NCBI GenBank assembly: GCA_030704615.1
Contig: CM060731.1
Span: 76,136,001-76,200,000 of the forward strand
DNA: 64,000 nt
Direction of reading: 5' to 3'
From: Takakia lepidozioides
Lineage: Eukaryota; Plantae; Bryophyta
Part shown: positions 11,574 to 23,422 of the stretch, one piece after another
How the letters are laid out: each line of letters starts with the position of its first letter
Position numbering within the stretch: position 1 is the stretch's first letter
Translations under genes and position numbers: made by a program
Notes under the pieces: model-generated
What the model was told of the DNA's origin: nothing
Seen by the model: only the letters and a program-made list of their open reading frames with translations
Database searches by the model: none

Positions 11574-14500
11574 TCAACGCTTCTTCCGCTTTTGAGGTCG
11601 CCCTTCGAAAGCTGCAACCGCCTCGGATGCGTTTCCCATTTCTGAGGCACGCACCCAAGATGCCTCCACATGATGATAGCCCTTCCATTTGACGAGATAC
11701 TCCGTTTCTCGGTTCCTGAACCTCCTCGACTTAAGTATTGCCTCCACCTCGTACTCAGGTTCATTTTCATGATCCAACAGCATAGGTGGTGGACGCAACA
11801 CTTGATGCCGATTCGGACGCGCTTCATCTTTGAAGTAAGGCTTCAAAAGGGAGACATGGAATACTGGGTGCACCTTGCTGTTTGCCGGCAGCTCCAATTC
11901 ATACACATCCTCATTCATAACCTTCCGAATGCGAAAGGGTCCCGCATACGGAGGTACGAACTTCGGACTCACTTCCGGAGGTAGTCGGAAATTCTTGATG
12001 TTCAACCAGACCTCTGTGCCTGCCTCAAACTTCACTTCCCTCCGCTTCCGATTCGCCTGCCTTTCATACCGTTTCCTAGCTTTGGCAATATTGTACTTTG
12101 CGAGCTTCAACAAACGCTCGCGTTCTTCCAGTACCGCTGCTACTGCCGGTTCCTCAACGTCCTGGGCGGCCCAACTTGTCGGCACCAGAGGTGCTTTTCC
12201 ATAGACCAATACGAAAGGGGAAACTCCCGTTGCGGAGTGTTCTGTGTTATTATAACAGAACTCTGCCGCGTCTAAGTGTTCCATCCAGTCTGATTGGTCT
12301 GCCGACACGTAATTCCACAAGAATTGCTTCACTACGGAATTCACTCTTTCTGTTTGGCCGTCCGTCGTAGGTCGGAAGGCGGTGCTCATCTTCAGCCTCG
12401 TCCCCATCTTCTTCCAAAGTGTCCTCCAAAATTTACTCGTAAACTTTGGATCGCGATCCGAGACAATATCCTTCGGGACTCCATGATGCTTTAAGACGTG
12501 GGCGAAGTAAAGTCGCCCTGTCTCCTGCGCCGTTGCCGTCTCTTTGGTGGGGATGAAATGGCCCATTTTACTGAACCTATCCACCACCACCATGATTGCA
12601 TCGAATCCTTTTGACAGCGACATAGTAGTCATGAAATCCATCGAGACGCTTTCCCAAGTCCCCTCTGGAATCGGCAAGGGTTGTAACAGCCCCGCTTGCT
12701 TTTTGTACTCGCTCCGGTTTTGTTGGTATGTGGTGCATGTCTTGACATACTCCTCTGCCTCCTCCCTCAGTTTGGGCCAGAAATACTCTTTCTTCAAGAG
12801 TGTCGCAGTGCGCTTGGCTCCGCCGTGGCCCGCAAGCGGGCTATCATGGCATTCACTCAAGAGGCTATCTCTGATCCCTCCCTTCGGCACGTAGAGACAC
12901 TTTTGCTTATACCGGAGCAACCCATTTTGCAAGTGGAACTGCGATTTAACCCCCATTCTCAAGTCCTGCATCACGGACTTTGCCAGCTCATCCTTCCGGC
13001 AAGCCTTCCGGATCTTCCTTTGGAGCTCCGTCTCGCCCTTGTACACCAACAAGAGCTGCTGCTTTCTACTTAAAGCATCGGCCACCACATTGTCCCGTCC
13101 CGGTTTGTACTGGATATCCACGTCGAACACCGCCAAAGTATCTTGCCACCTAAGTTGTTTTGGGGACAATTTGGGCTGCGTGGCAAAATACTTCACTGTG
13201 ACATTGTCCGTGAACACCTTCACTGGGTTGGAACCAACATAGTGGCGCCAAAGCTCAAGGCAATGCACCACCGCCTTCATCTCTTTTTCGTGCGTCGGCC
13301 ACCGTCGCTCCACTTCATTCAGTTTCTTACTTTCGTAAGCCACTGGACGTCCATCTTGCATAAGTACACCCCCAATCGCAAAGTCCGACGCATTTGTATG
13401 AATCTCAAATGGACGATTGAACTCCGGGATTTTCAAGACTGGAGCTTCCGCCATCCGCTGCTTCAATTCAGCAAAAGCTTGGCCACAAAAGGTGTTCCAT
13501 GCCCAGACTTTAGATTTACACAGAAGGTCTGACAGCGGCCCCGCAATCTTGGCGAAATTTCTCACATACTTCCGGTAATAGGAGGCGAGTCCTAGGAAGG
13601 ATCGTACTCCCGGGACCGAAGTCGGAGGCTCCCAGTCCAAGATCGCCCTCACCTTTCTATCATCCATTTTGATCCCATCCTGTGTAATCACATGCCCCAA
13701 GAACTCCACTTTCGTGACCCCGAATTCGCACTTTGAAGCTTTGGCATACAGCTTCCCTTCTCGCAATTTCTGGAACACCCTTTTGAGGTGCTCCAGGTGC
13801 TCCTCCTTTGTTTTCGAGTACACCAAGATGTCGTCGATGTACACGATCACAAAGTCATCCAACCACTCCTGAAAAAGGCTGTTCATCAGCGTGCTAAATG
13901 TCGCTGGTGCATTGGTGAGCCCAAAAGGCATCACCAAGAACTCATATGAACCATACCTTGTCCTGCACGCGGGTCTTCTCCTCATCTCCTTCCGCCACCC
14001 GAATTTGGTGATAGCCGGAGCGCAAGTCGATCCGGCTGAAATACTTCGCTCCTGCCAACCGATCGAAGAGGTCGTCGATCCTTGGCAAAGGGTACTGGTT
14101 TTTGATAGTCACCTTATTCAGAGCCCTGTAATCGACACACATTCGCAGCGTCCCATCCTTCTTGTCTGCAAATAGCACCGGGGCTCCGTAAGGTGACTTA
14201 CTCGGCCGGATGTACCCCTTTGACATTAGATCCTTGAGCTGAGTCTTCAGCTCGACCAACTCTCTGTGGCTCAACCGGTAGGGCGCCTTGGCAGGTGGTT
14301 TCGATCCCGGTATCACCTCAATCTTGTGGTCAACTCCTCTTCGCGGTGGCAAGCCGCTTGGTAAATCCTCCGGCATCACATCCTGGTATTTTTCCAAAAT
14401 CCCCTTGATCCAATCTGGGCTCGGCTCCCCATCGCCTTCTCCCTTCGCTTCTCTAATGTAAAGCAAGAACTGGGGTTCGTGTGCCTCCTCCACGACCCAC

Positions 14501-14945
14501 TCCCTTGCTGACAGGAGGTTTATTCGCCCTCCCACGGATTTGGGCGTTTCCGACACTCGTAAGACCTCGCCACCATTCCCACATGGCAGCGTGACTACTC
14601 TCTTGCGGCCATCTATGACCGCTCCGGATTTGCTCAAAAAGATCATCTCTAAATGAGATCTACTCCATCGATCTCGCAGATGGTGAAGTTCTCACGTCCC
14701 TCCCAACTCCCCAGTTGAAGAGGAACATCAATCGCCAACCTTGTCGCCAACTGTGGTTCTCCTTTGGCAGAACGCACCTCAATAGAGGCCCCCACGTCAC
14801 TTGTCGGGAGTCCCAGCTTTTGTGCCGTTGCCGGTGTCATGAAGGAGTGTGACGCTCCTGTGTCCACCAACAACGACACATTAGTTCCGGATATTATCCC
14901 ATCCACGAACAATAACTGACTCCCTTTTCGTAAGGCGCCAGTTTC
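11574..14945 (-). pseudogene. pol: pol: aspartic protease, RT, RNase H, integrase, chromodomain; frameshifts near 14650 and 13985
   Basis: LLVDTGASHSF; [11 protein letters not shown]; YIDD; [10 protein letters not shown] (RNase H D to N); [10 protein letters not shown]; SMDF, VSDRD, DGQTER; [11 protein letters not shown]...YLVKWKGY. Confidence 0.95.
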
Positions 14946-16136
14946 CTAATACAACTCACAAGAAAATTTGCCTACCTTGCAAGTCCTGGCGACCACCGCT
15001 TCCACTAAGCGACTGATGGTATCTTCCGACAGCTCCGTGGTCGCCCGAGTCATGTTCAATTGCCGGGGCTTCGTGCACTTCTTGGCCATGTGCCCGGGCT
15101 CCCCGCAATTGAAACACACTCCATCAAAGGTCGCCTTCTGTCCGCCATAAGCCGCTCCACCTGCTTTTCCTTTCGGAGCACCGGGTGCCGCCTTGACGTG
15201 TGAAGGCCCTCCCTTTGATTTCCACGTGCCATTTTCGCCGCGTGGACTATCCCACTTCTTTTCCGGTCGGAAGGAGTCACCTTCCCGCCGAATCTTCTTG
15301 TGGTTCAGCTCCGTACGGCCTTGTCTTTCACCCCTAGGGACATCCGAGAAACATTCAGCCCTCTCAATTGCCTCGTTCAAAGTCTTGGGTGGCTTCTCCT
15401 CCAACTTCCGCCTGGCCCACGGGGCCAGTCCCGCCACAAAGTTGACGACCATTTCTGGTTCTGCCATGTCCGCGACTTCGAGCAACAACACATTGAAAGC
15501 CTGGACATACCCCCGAATGTCATCTGTTTGCTTCAAATTCCTCATCTTGTCCCGGGCGAGCCAGGACGCGTTGAGGGGCACAAACTGTCTCTTCATCAAT
15601 TCCTTGAACCCACTCCAGTTCAAGGTTTCCGGGCTTGGACCTCGGTCGTGAAGGCGTTTCTGCCACCATTGTTGAGCATAGCCTCTCAAATAGGTGGGAG
15701 CCACTTCCACCCGATCCTCGTCACTCAACCTGGCCGCCCGGAAGTACTGCTCTAGCTCCAAGAGCCAGGTGTTGAGTGCCTTCCGATTTCGGACGCCCTC
15801 GAAGGTGTCGGGTTCCTTAGGCTTCACCTTAAACTTTGCCTTAGCGGAAGTGGCATTAGCCGCCTTCAACACGTCTTTCAACGTCCCGCCAAACTGTGCC
15901 AACAACCCTTCCCAAAAGGCTGCCGGCATGGGAGGCATCTCTTGGTTTCTCGGAGCTCTCAAGGATTCCTCGGGCTCCGACTCCTCGGATTCCTCCCGCT
16001 CTTGGGCGGCCTCATTTTCGGAAACATGCATCGCTTCCTCAAACGGCCGCCTCGGTGACACGTCGCCCCCATCGGGCTCACCGGGATCATCATCTTTTGG
16101 ACCGTTCCGCTTTCGCTTCGGCTTGCCCGACCCCAT
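14946..16136 (-). CDS. gag: gag of the chromovirus with CCHC zinc knuckle
   Basis: KPKEPDTFEG...YLRGYAQQWW...LKQTDDIRGYVQAF; CFNCGEPGHMAKKC; start codon uncertain. Confidence 0.92.
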   Translation of the reverse strand: MGSGKPKRKRNGPKDDDPGEPDGGDVSPRRPFEEAMHVSENEAAQEREESEESEPEESLRAPRNQEMPPMPAAFWEGLLAQFGGTLKDVLKAANATSAKAKFKVKPKEPDTFEGVRNRKALNTWLLELEQYFRAARLSDEDRVEVAPTYLRGYAQQWWQKRLHDRGPSPETLNWSGFKELMKRQFVPLNASWLARDKMRNLKQTDDIRGYVQAFNVLLLEVADMAEPEMVVNFVAGLAPWARRKLEEKPPKTLNEAIERAECFSDVPRGERQGRTELNHKKIRREGDSFRPEKKWDSPRGENGTWKSKGGPSHVKAAPGAPKGKAGGAAYGGQKATFDGVCFNCGEPGHMAKKCTKPRQLNMTRATTELSEDTISRLVEAVVARTCKVGKFSCELY

Positions 16137-16177
16137 GATGAGGCCAATCCCAAGGACGATCGCGTACTGAACTCTAA

Positions 16178-16189
16178 GCTCTGATACCA
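16178..16189 (-). promoter_or_regulatory. Primer binding site complementary to initiator tRNA-Met
   Basis: TGGTATCAGAGC on the minus strand, 2 nt inside the 5' LTR. Confidence 0.93.
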
Positions 16190-16191
16190 AA

Positions 16192-16917
16192 TGTCGCGCA
16201 CCTCACTTCGGTAAACTCCCCTTCAAGTCATAGTTACTCGCTTTGATGCGCGCGCCTGACTCCCAACCTGGCCGCCGGGCCAACTTGGAGCTTCAGCTGC
16301 TCACCGGGACATAACGGTCCCCCTTCGCTTCCCTCTAAAACCCTCCACCTAATTGGGACTAGGAGAATTCCCTTTGGTAGATGGCAGTCCGGAACAGCTC
16401 CCCACTCTTTGGTCGCTTTCCGGCTCGCTCGCTTACTCACTAGTTTTTGGTCACCAACGGGCTTGCACCGTTCTCGGGGTTACTACTCCCTATATATACT
16501 TTTGTAGCTGTCCGCGGGGGTTTCACAACCAGCCATGCCATTTTATGGCGAACCACCACGAAGACCCTCGATTCCCGGTGGTGAGTCGCGGTGAGTCTTG
16601 GCCCGCTCACCACGGCCCCTATGGACCGTGATGAGTCCCAAGACTCCCCACGACTCCCACCACGAGGTCTCCACCCCCATGGTGAGTCCTATGCCACCCC
16701 CACTAAGTCCCACTAAGCTACCACCACCCCTTGTGGAGCCACCCCCACCGCAACCCGGTGTGCGGGGCTCCACCTAGTGAGCGCCTCCGCCTCCTTGAGT
16801 GCCTTGGGCACTCAAGGGTGCTTCAGCCCCCGTACCTATCGCTGCTACTGCCCCCACCACAGGGGCAGCCCCTCTTGTGTCCCGACCTCCCTGCCCTCAA
16901 GGCAAAGGGCCGCGACA
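16192..16917 (-). repeat. 5' LTR of the chromovirus
   Basis: Direct repeat of 9940-10665. Confidence 0.95.
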
Positions 16918-17694
16918 CTCTCCAGCTTGACTACCACTCTCCCTCTAAGCGCGAAAAGTAGAAAAACGAAGTGACTCCCGATTTCTTGCGGGATTGCGTG
17001 CGTTGTTGCTTGTCTCTAGAAGCATCGGATTCCCTCTCGCGTGACCGTTACACATAGTCATTCCCTAATTAGTGCACATGCTAGCAATTAGTGTACAGCT
17101 GTTCGTATTCAGTTATCGATGTCTGACGTGTGTCGCCCAAAATAAACGGCGTGTTCTTTATTAGAACGGTTTCAATATTTAAAAATAACAGCAAATCCCA
17201 GAAATCTTGGCGCACAGTCTTAGACAAATATATGTAAATGAACGAGAGTTTGATGACAAATTTTGGGATATCATACACGTTCATCCTTGTTAGCCAAACC
17301 CACGTTTGTTTCACATTTTGAACTTTCCAGGTGCGCATGATCATTGGTAGTAGTATAAAGATGCATTTACTTAATCTGCAATCCCACCCTCAGATCCTGT
17401 GGCATGCTTCCAGGAAGTCGGCTTGTTATTGTGTTTATTGATGAGGTTCTGATTAACGGTTTAACAGCTGCCGACATTGCTCCTAGGGATACTTTGACCA
17501 CTGGGCCCACAAGAAAAGTAATTAAAATGGACGGCTGCATATCTGGAAGGAATAACAGAATATGCAGAATCGTCGTCTGAGCTTCCTCCGCCATATTCTC
17601 TGCTCATTCTTTAACTGTGTTTTGGAGACATCAGTAAACCGATTTACACTGAAGGTCTGCGATAGCAAGGTATCAACGTACGCGAGGAAGGAAG

Positions 17695-20600
17695 ATGGCT
17701 TCCTCTGAAGCGGAGTTCTTCTCTGACGACAAACCAGTGCCGTTCTCCCAGGAAGTCCTGGATTTGCAATTGTTCTGGAACATGTCTTGGCTACCCATTT
17801 TCAGCTTCAAAATAGCTCCATCTTTTTGGAGAAAGAGGTGTACGATTTGAAAGGGAAGTTGTTGAAATACTCTTTCCAAAACCGTGATGAGACGGCTCAT
17901 GTCAGCCAGTGGAGAGTGCACCCTGGTCGATACAGAATACTTGGAGAGCCTCGGCGAAAGTCCCTTGGATCATATGTGACACCCGGGACTGCTGCTTCGG
18001 TCGTTGAAGACAAGAGGGAGGTGGTGGTGAAAAAAGAACAGACGTCCTCCACTCCAATCGTTGAGCTTTCGGATTCGTCTGATGATGACATAAGTGAAAT
18101 TCGAAATCCAGTCCTTCCTACTGTGGTTGGAGAAGCTGATGAAGAAGAGATTTGTAGTGTCATTCCAAAACTATGGGCGATGGGAGGAATGGCTGGATTC
18201 AAAAGTGAGTTGCGAGGAATTGATTGGGAATCTTTGAAGCAGGTGCCTGTGAAGTTCTTGCCAGAGACTTTTGATGGCGATATCCTATTCGAGCTGCCTC
18301 CTCCTCCGCGAGTTGGAGGTGTAACAATCATGATGCATGAAATGGACAAGAAACACGACGGGCACCCGTGGTGCAGAACAAAAACATCCAATATTCAGAA
18401 TGATGACAAGCTTGTTTTCAGAAGAACAGTTTGCAATGGACACCTTAGTAATTTGAATTGCAGACACTTTCTTCAGTCTGGGGTTCATAATCAAAGCGAA
18501 TGGGAGGGTCTAGCGGAAAATCCATTTCAGCCTGGGACTGCCCCACCACCGGCAAACACTTTCGTCTGCAAATTCTGCAAACTTGTGCCATCCTGCTTGG
18601 CGCTCTGCGGAGCAAGAATGTACTATGTTGTCCACCATTTGAAAACAATGACAAGAGCTTGTATGCATTTCGGATTCCATAACCATCTTGTCTCGAAGGG
18701 GGATTACATGGAGAGTGTTGAGACAGTATCGAGGTTGATTAAATAGGAGTTCGGGAGAAACCCATCCGCAACAACATCTGCAATTGCTCTTGGCGCAAGC
18801 AAGTCCTTCTTGGAAAGCCATATTTTGAGTGAAGGGGATTATGTGGGGACTAAACTTGACGGTGCAGCATTGGACCTGGTCATGGATCATTTCTCCACTT
18901 TGAGTTCACCTAACATTCGGCATCAGATCAATGCATTAAGAATGGGCTCTGGTATCAGAGGCTACATAGACAACATTTTGGAGTTGAAACGAGTGAGCAA
19001 GTACGATTACATCCAGGACAATGTATTCCTAGGTCAAGGTGCCATCAAAGTTTTTCTTTTCAAAATGTCGACTGTTGGGGAGGGCAGTGGGGTTAGCCTC
19101 GTGAAGCGGATGCAGAAGACTGGGGACTTGCAGAACTGTTTTCTTATGTTTGATCATGTGAAACGAGTGAAGGATTGGATGACAATGGCTTGTCATGTCT
19201 ACGATCCAGTGTACCAATGAGTTATGACAATTGCAGTTTGTGACATGCAATCCGAGGATACGGAATCCCAGAAGCTCATGTGGAATTCCCTGATACGTGT
19301 CATGGGCTGCCATCTCCAAATTTCGCAGGTTTCATGGCGGATAGTGCTCAAACAAATTTCAATGCTGTTTGTATTGTCTTCGGATCGGGCGACCCAAAAG
19401 TGCCAATGCGAGGAAGAGAGCGTACATGTCTATTCCATTGGACACAATCTCTGAAAAAACATACAAAGTCGGACATCAAACCAGAGATGCAGACTCAGCA
19501 CCGTAAATTGTGCAAAGAGTACAAAGATGCTAGAACAATGAAGGAGGCGGACACTTTGTTCCAGACAATGCGTGCCTGGTGGTTCTCTTCTGGAGCTGCA
19601 TCACTTGAGAGTATGAGAGCATTGGAAGATTGGCTGGCAGATTGGCTGGCGTCTTGGCACCGATATAGACAGTGGGGAGCAGCCATGGCAGTGGTACGAG
19701 ACTTATATTTCTTGCTTTATTCATACATTTACTTTCCATTTTATTGTCTCCTCACTTTCTTTATGTTGTTTCCTGTTCACTGTTTTGAAGTGTGGTTCTC
19801 CACTTTGCAGAACATGTCCATTGAGGAAATGGGGGACATGCCATCTTGCAATTTGGCAGAAACTGTGCACAACGCATGGTTGCAGCAATATGGGAAACGA
19901 GGTCGGGATTTGTATGTGACAACAACAGATGATTTGATACGTGCCTTGCAACAACAAACCCGATACCTTGTTTTCTTGCGAGGTGGGGTTGGTGGCAAGG
20001 GTCCGGACAAATGGGAGTTGATGTTGCGTGCTGCAAACAGATCTGGGGATCCAATCAAGATAGCACGGGAGGTGAGCATATATGCCCAGGGAATGCCACT
20101 TGTTTCTAGAGTTCCACATCTTTGAAGGGGAGGAGAGATTCGGCTCCTCTAAGAGGAAATTGAACACTCCATCTGGTTCGGATTCCGATTCGCATAGGGC
20201 AGACCGTGATAACTTTTCGAAGCCTCGTGTTCCCCTACATGACAGCTCCATGTCCAGAATCTCCATTCTGGAGGAACCTCCAACACGACGGCAAGCTCCA
20301 GCATCAAACAGTGCCACTGAAATGGTGCAGGAGAGAAACAACCCCCTTGATGTGCTTGAGTCCGCATGCCCCGACCACGTTTGGCACATAGAACGCACAA
20401 GTGAAGGGTCTCGTGTGAAATGTACAACGATCAGGGCAACTAATTTCGAGAAGAGCACTTCATCTATATCCAGAGCCCGAACTCTTGCTCCGACTTTCAT
20501 GGGTTTGATACGTCTATACGGTCAACCAGAAGCCAAGAGCCACAAGTTCTGGTTCTGCGTAGATGATTGTGCCAGATGTGTGCATGGAACTGTGCGTCCT

Positions 20601-21175
20601 TCCGTAGTGATGAAGCCATCTCCTCCAACCGTTTGGCCCGTGAAGGTGGGAACACATCTCAGATTTCAGGAGATTGAAATGCTGGAGGAGGCAAGCTTTT
20701 CCCTTGCGAGACAACCCCAACTCCATGCATGTGCTACTACTTCTGCGTCCTCCCGACAAATCCTGACTTGTGGCCAACCAAACGAGATGGAAAGCTCGTT
20801 CGGCGTTTCCCTCCAACCGCTGAACACTTTGGCAAAGTGGAGTCCGCAAGAATGCTCCAAGCTCGTGTTGGAAGCACCACGGAAGTACCCGATCCAGGAT
20901 ATGGTCGGGTATTCACAATCATCACTTCCACATCTGCTGTTCATGACAGGACCTACGACATCACGGTTTCCAATTTCCCCAATTGCACATGTCCTGATTT
21001 TGTGAATATGCTATTAACCAGTTTGGGCAAGAGAGGCATACCCTGCAAACATTTGTATTTCATATTTTTGAAGAGGATGGTTTGCGATCCCAAACGTGAC
21101 AACTTCATTCACCAGGCCACTATGAGTTTCAATGAGCTCGATACTCTATTGCAGCGGGATACAACACATGGGTAG
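17695..21175 (+). pseudogene. MULE-superfamily DDE transposase with N-terminal Cys/His-rich (WRKY-GCM1-like) domain and C-terminal SWIM zinc finger; one intron 19694-19810; frameshifts and stops
   Basis: FLMFDHVKR (D about 19152), GFMADSAQ (D about 19340), RTCLFHW (CxxH), SCNLAETVH (E about 19859); SWIM YDITVSNFPNCTCPDF...IPCKHLYFI; N-terminal DGHPWCRTKTSN...CKFC...CGARMYY...HFGFHNH. Confidence 0.85.
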
Positions 21176-23422
21176 CATCAACTATGCAATGTGGTATGTG
21201 GACGACCATGATTTGAAATGTGTAATTCACATCAATTCATCGGCGGTGCAATGATATGGCCTCCAACTATATTGAGTGAGCTCTGAGTGGCAACTTTTAA
21301 AAGCACATTTGTCATTGCACCATTCGAAGTCTACATGTCTTGCTGTCGCTATGCACTACAATCATCTTTTGAAGATGATCCTAACTCTCATTGTTATTTG
21401 AGGAGGGAGGAAGGTCTTCCCGTGGCAGCCTCTATGGCGCACACTTTGTGAGGATATTTTCTCGTCCTCGTAATTGTAAAAGTGAAACAAGCATTTGTAA
21501 TTGCACAATGTTGGATGCTACAAATGTAGGCCTCATGGTAGTCTTGATTCTATTTAGGCAAGATTCCCTGCATTAATTCCACGGTCATAGGACCATCCTC
21601 GGTTATAGGCGGCGCATGTTAATGCTGACGTGGCAAATGACGGACAGTGCCACGTCATCATTTGCCGCCACATCAGCATGTTGACATGATGCTCACGCCA
21701 CGTCAGCGTGGGTGCAGGCTCACGCCACATCACTCCTGCGTGAACGTACGCTCGCGCGCTCACGCGCAACGTTCACGCCATTGCGACGTTGGATTTTTTT
21801 TATCTCGTTGCAAATGGATCTCTTTTGTAGAGAGCCTAGAAAATCAATGAGATATAAAATGAATAAAGCAAATTTTCGCAAGTCTAAGATTCGGTCGGCA
21901 TAGATTAATATTCTAGTATCCTAGCAATGGTAGATCAATCCAAGAACATCGAGAAATTAGATGGGTCTAATTTTTCCACATGGAAAATCAGGATGTCTTA
22001 TCTGTTTAAAAAGAAAAACTATGGGATTTAGTAATAGGCACTGAAATTAAGCCTACCAGTACTACATCTCCTGGGGGTACAGTCATCAACCCCCCTCTGA
22101 TTGGACAAGGCTCTATCTCAGATTAGGATGATCGAGATAGAACTGCACAAACGCTAATTGTTGATAGTGTGAAAAATTCATGTCTAGGTCATGCTACACA
22201 AGGTAGTACAACCAATGAAAATTGGTCTGAAATATAGAAGAAGTTTCAACATACACACATGATGAACAAACGGTTTCTGCGGAAACAATATGTCAATTTA
22301 GTCATGCATGAACGTGATGATATTCTATCACACATTCACGCATTTAAATTGCTCATAGCACAATTGGCATCAGTGGGGGTAATTTATACAGATGAAGATA
22401 AAGTACAAACCCTCCTTGGAAGCCTTCCCGATTCTTTTGATCACGTAGTCATGACTCTTGAGAACACAATAGGATTGACATTTCAGGATGTGTCATCCAG
22501 ATTAATTCAAGAAAATATGAGACGGGATAAAAACAAGAATTCCACATAAATCAAGGGATCCACAGCTTTGTGGGTTGGCATAAGACCCCAACAGAAGGGT
22601 TAGTCAATAAAACCTCATGGTGCAGATAATCGCACATGTGATAATTCTAGTGTTGGATCAGGGTCGGATCCATGGGTTCCCAATCTCAATCCCACAGTAA
22701 CCCAACCAGACTTGGCCACAAACTTGGAGTTCGATGTAATTATTCCGAAAAGTACAATCACATTAAAAATAATTGCAGAAAGTACTTAAGGGATCTTAAA
22801 TCGGGAAAGGTCAAAGCTGGTCAGAGCCCAACAGGACAAGTCCCGGAAGCTCATAATATATTTATGACATTTGTATCCAATGCAATAATCTCAGACAATT
22901 CGTGGTTCCTAGACTCAGGAGCTACAAATCATATGATTCCTCATCGAGATTGGTTTATTAGTTATGATCATATTTCTAAAAAAGAAAAGGTATTTCTTGG
23001 AGACAATTCCTCTCATGATATTCATGGTCAAGGCAATGTTGTCATCCGTTTATATAATGGGGATGTGAAAATGTTGCATAAAACACTCCATGTTCCAGGT
23101 CTTCGTCGTAATTATCTAATTTCAGTACGTAAAGTTGTTGTTGCTGGGTATACCGTTAAATTCACCAATATGTCGGTGAGTGTGGAAGGTTATGGTAGTG
23201 TTTATATTAATCATATTGATCCCCATCATGATGGATTGTACAAGCTTGGTACCACTGATAAATCAGCTATTCAATTAGTGTTGCTGCTAGAACATGAGCC
23301 TCTTGCTTTACATACAGTCAGAAAATCCAATAATGATAATTCAGCTGTATAGCATCAAAGGTGCGGTCATGTCAATTTATCCAAGCTCAATCTTATCAAG
23401 CTGTCCATGACATTATTTCGAC

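Larger units (their letters stand above)
9940..16917 (-). mobile_element. Full-length Ty3/Gypsy chromovirus LTR retrotransposon, lightly decayed
   Basis: Two 726-bp LTRs with TG...CA ends; TSD ctctt/ctctc; tRNA-iMet PBS; PPT aggggtgtg; Gag-PR-RT-RH-IN-chromodomain order. Confidence 0.97.

Noticed and set aside
14946-14948. Programmed stop-codon read-through between gag and protease
   Set aside because: The TAG is in frame but followed by GAAACT, not a CARYYA-type signal; the element has other inactivating mutations, so a point mutation is simpler
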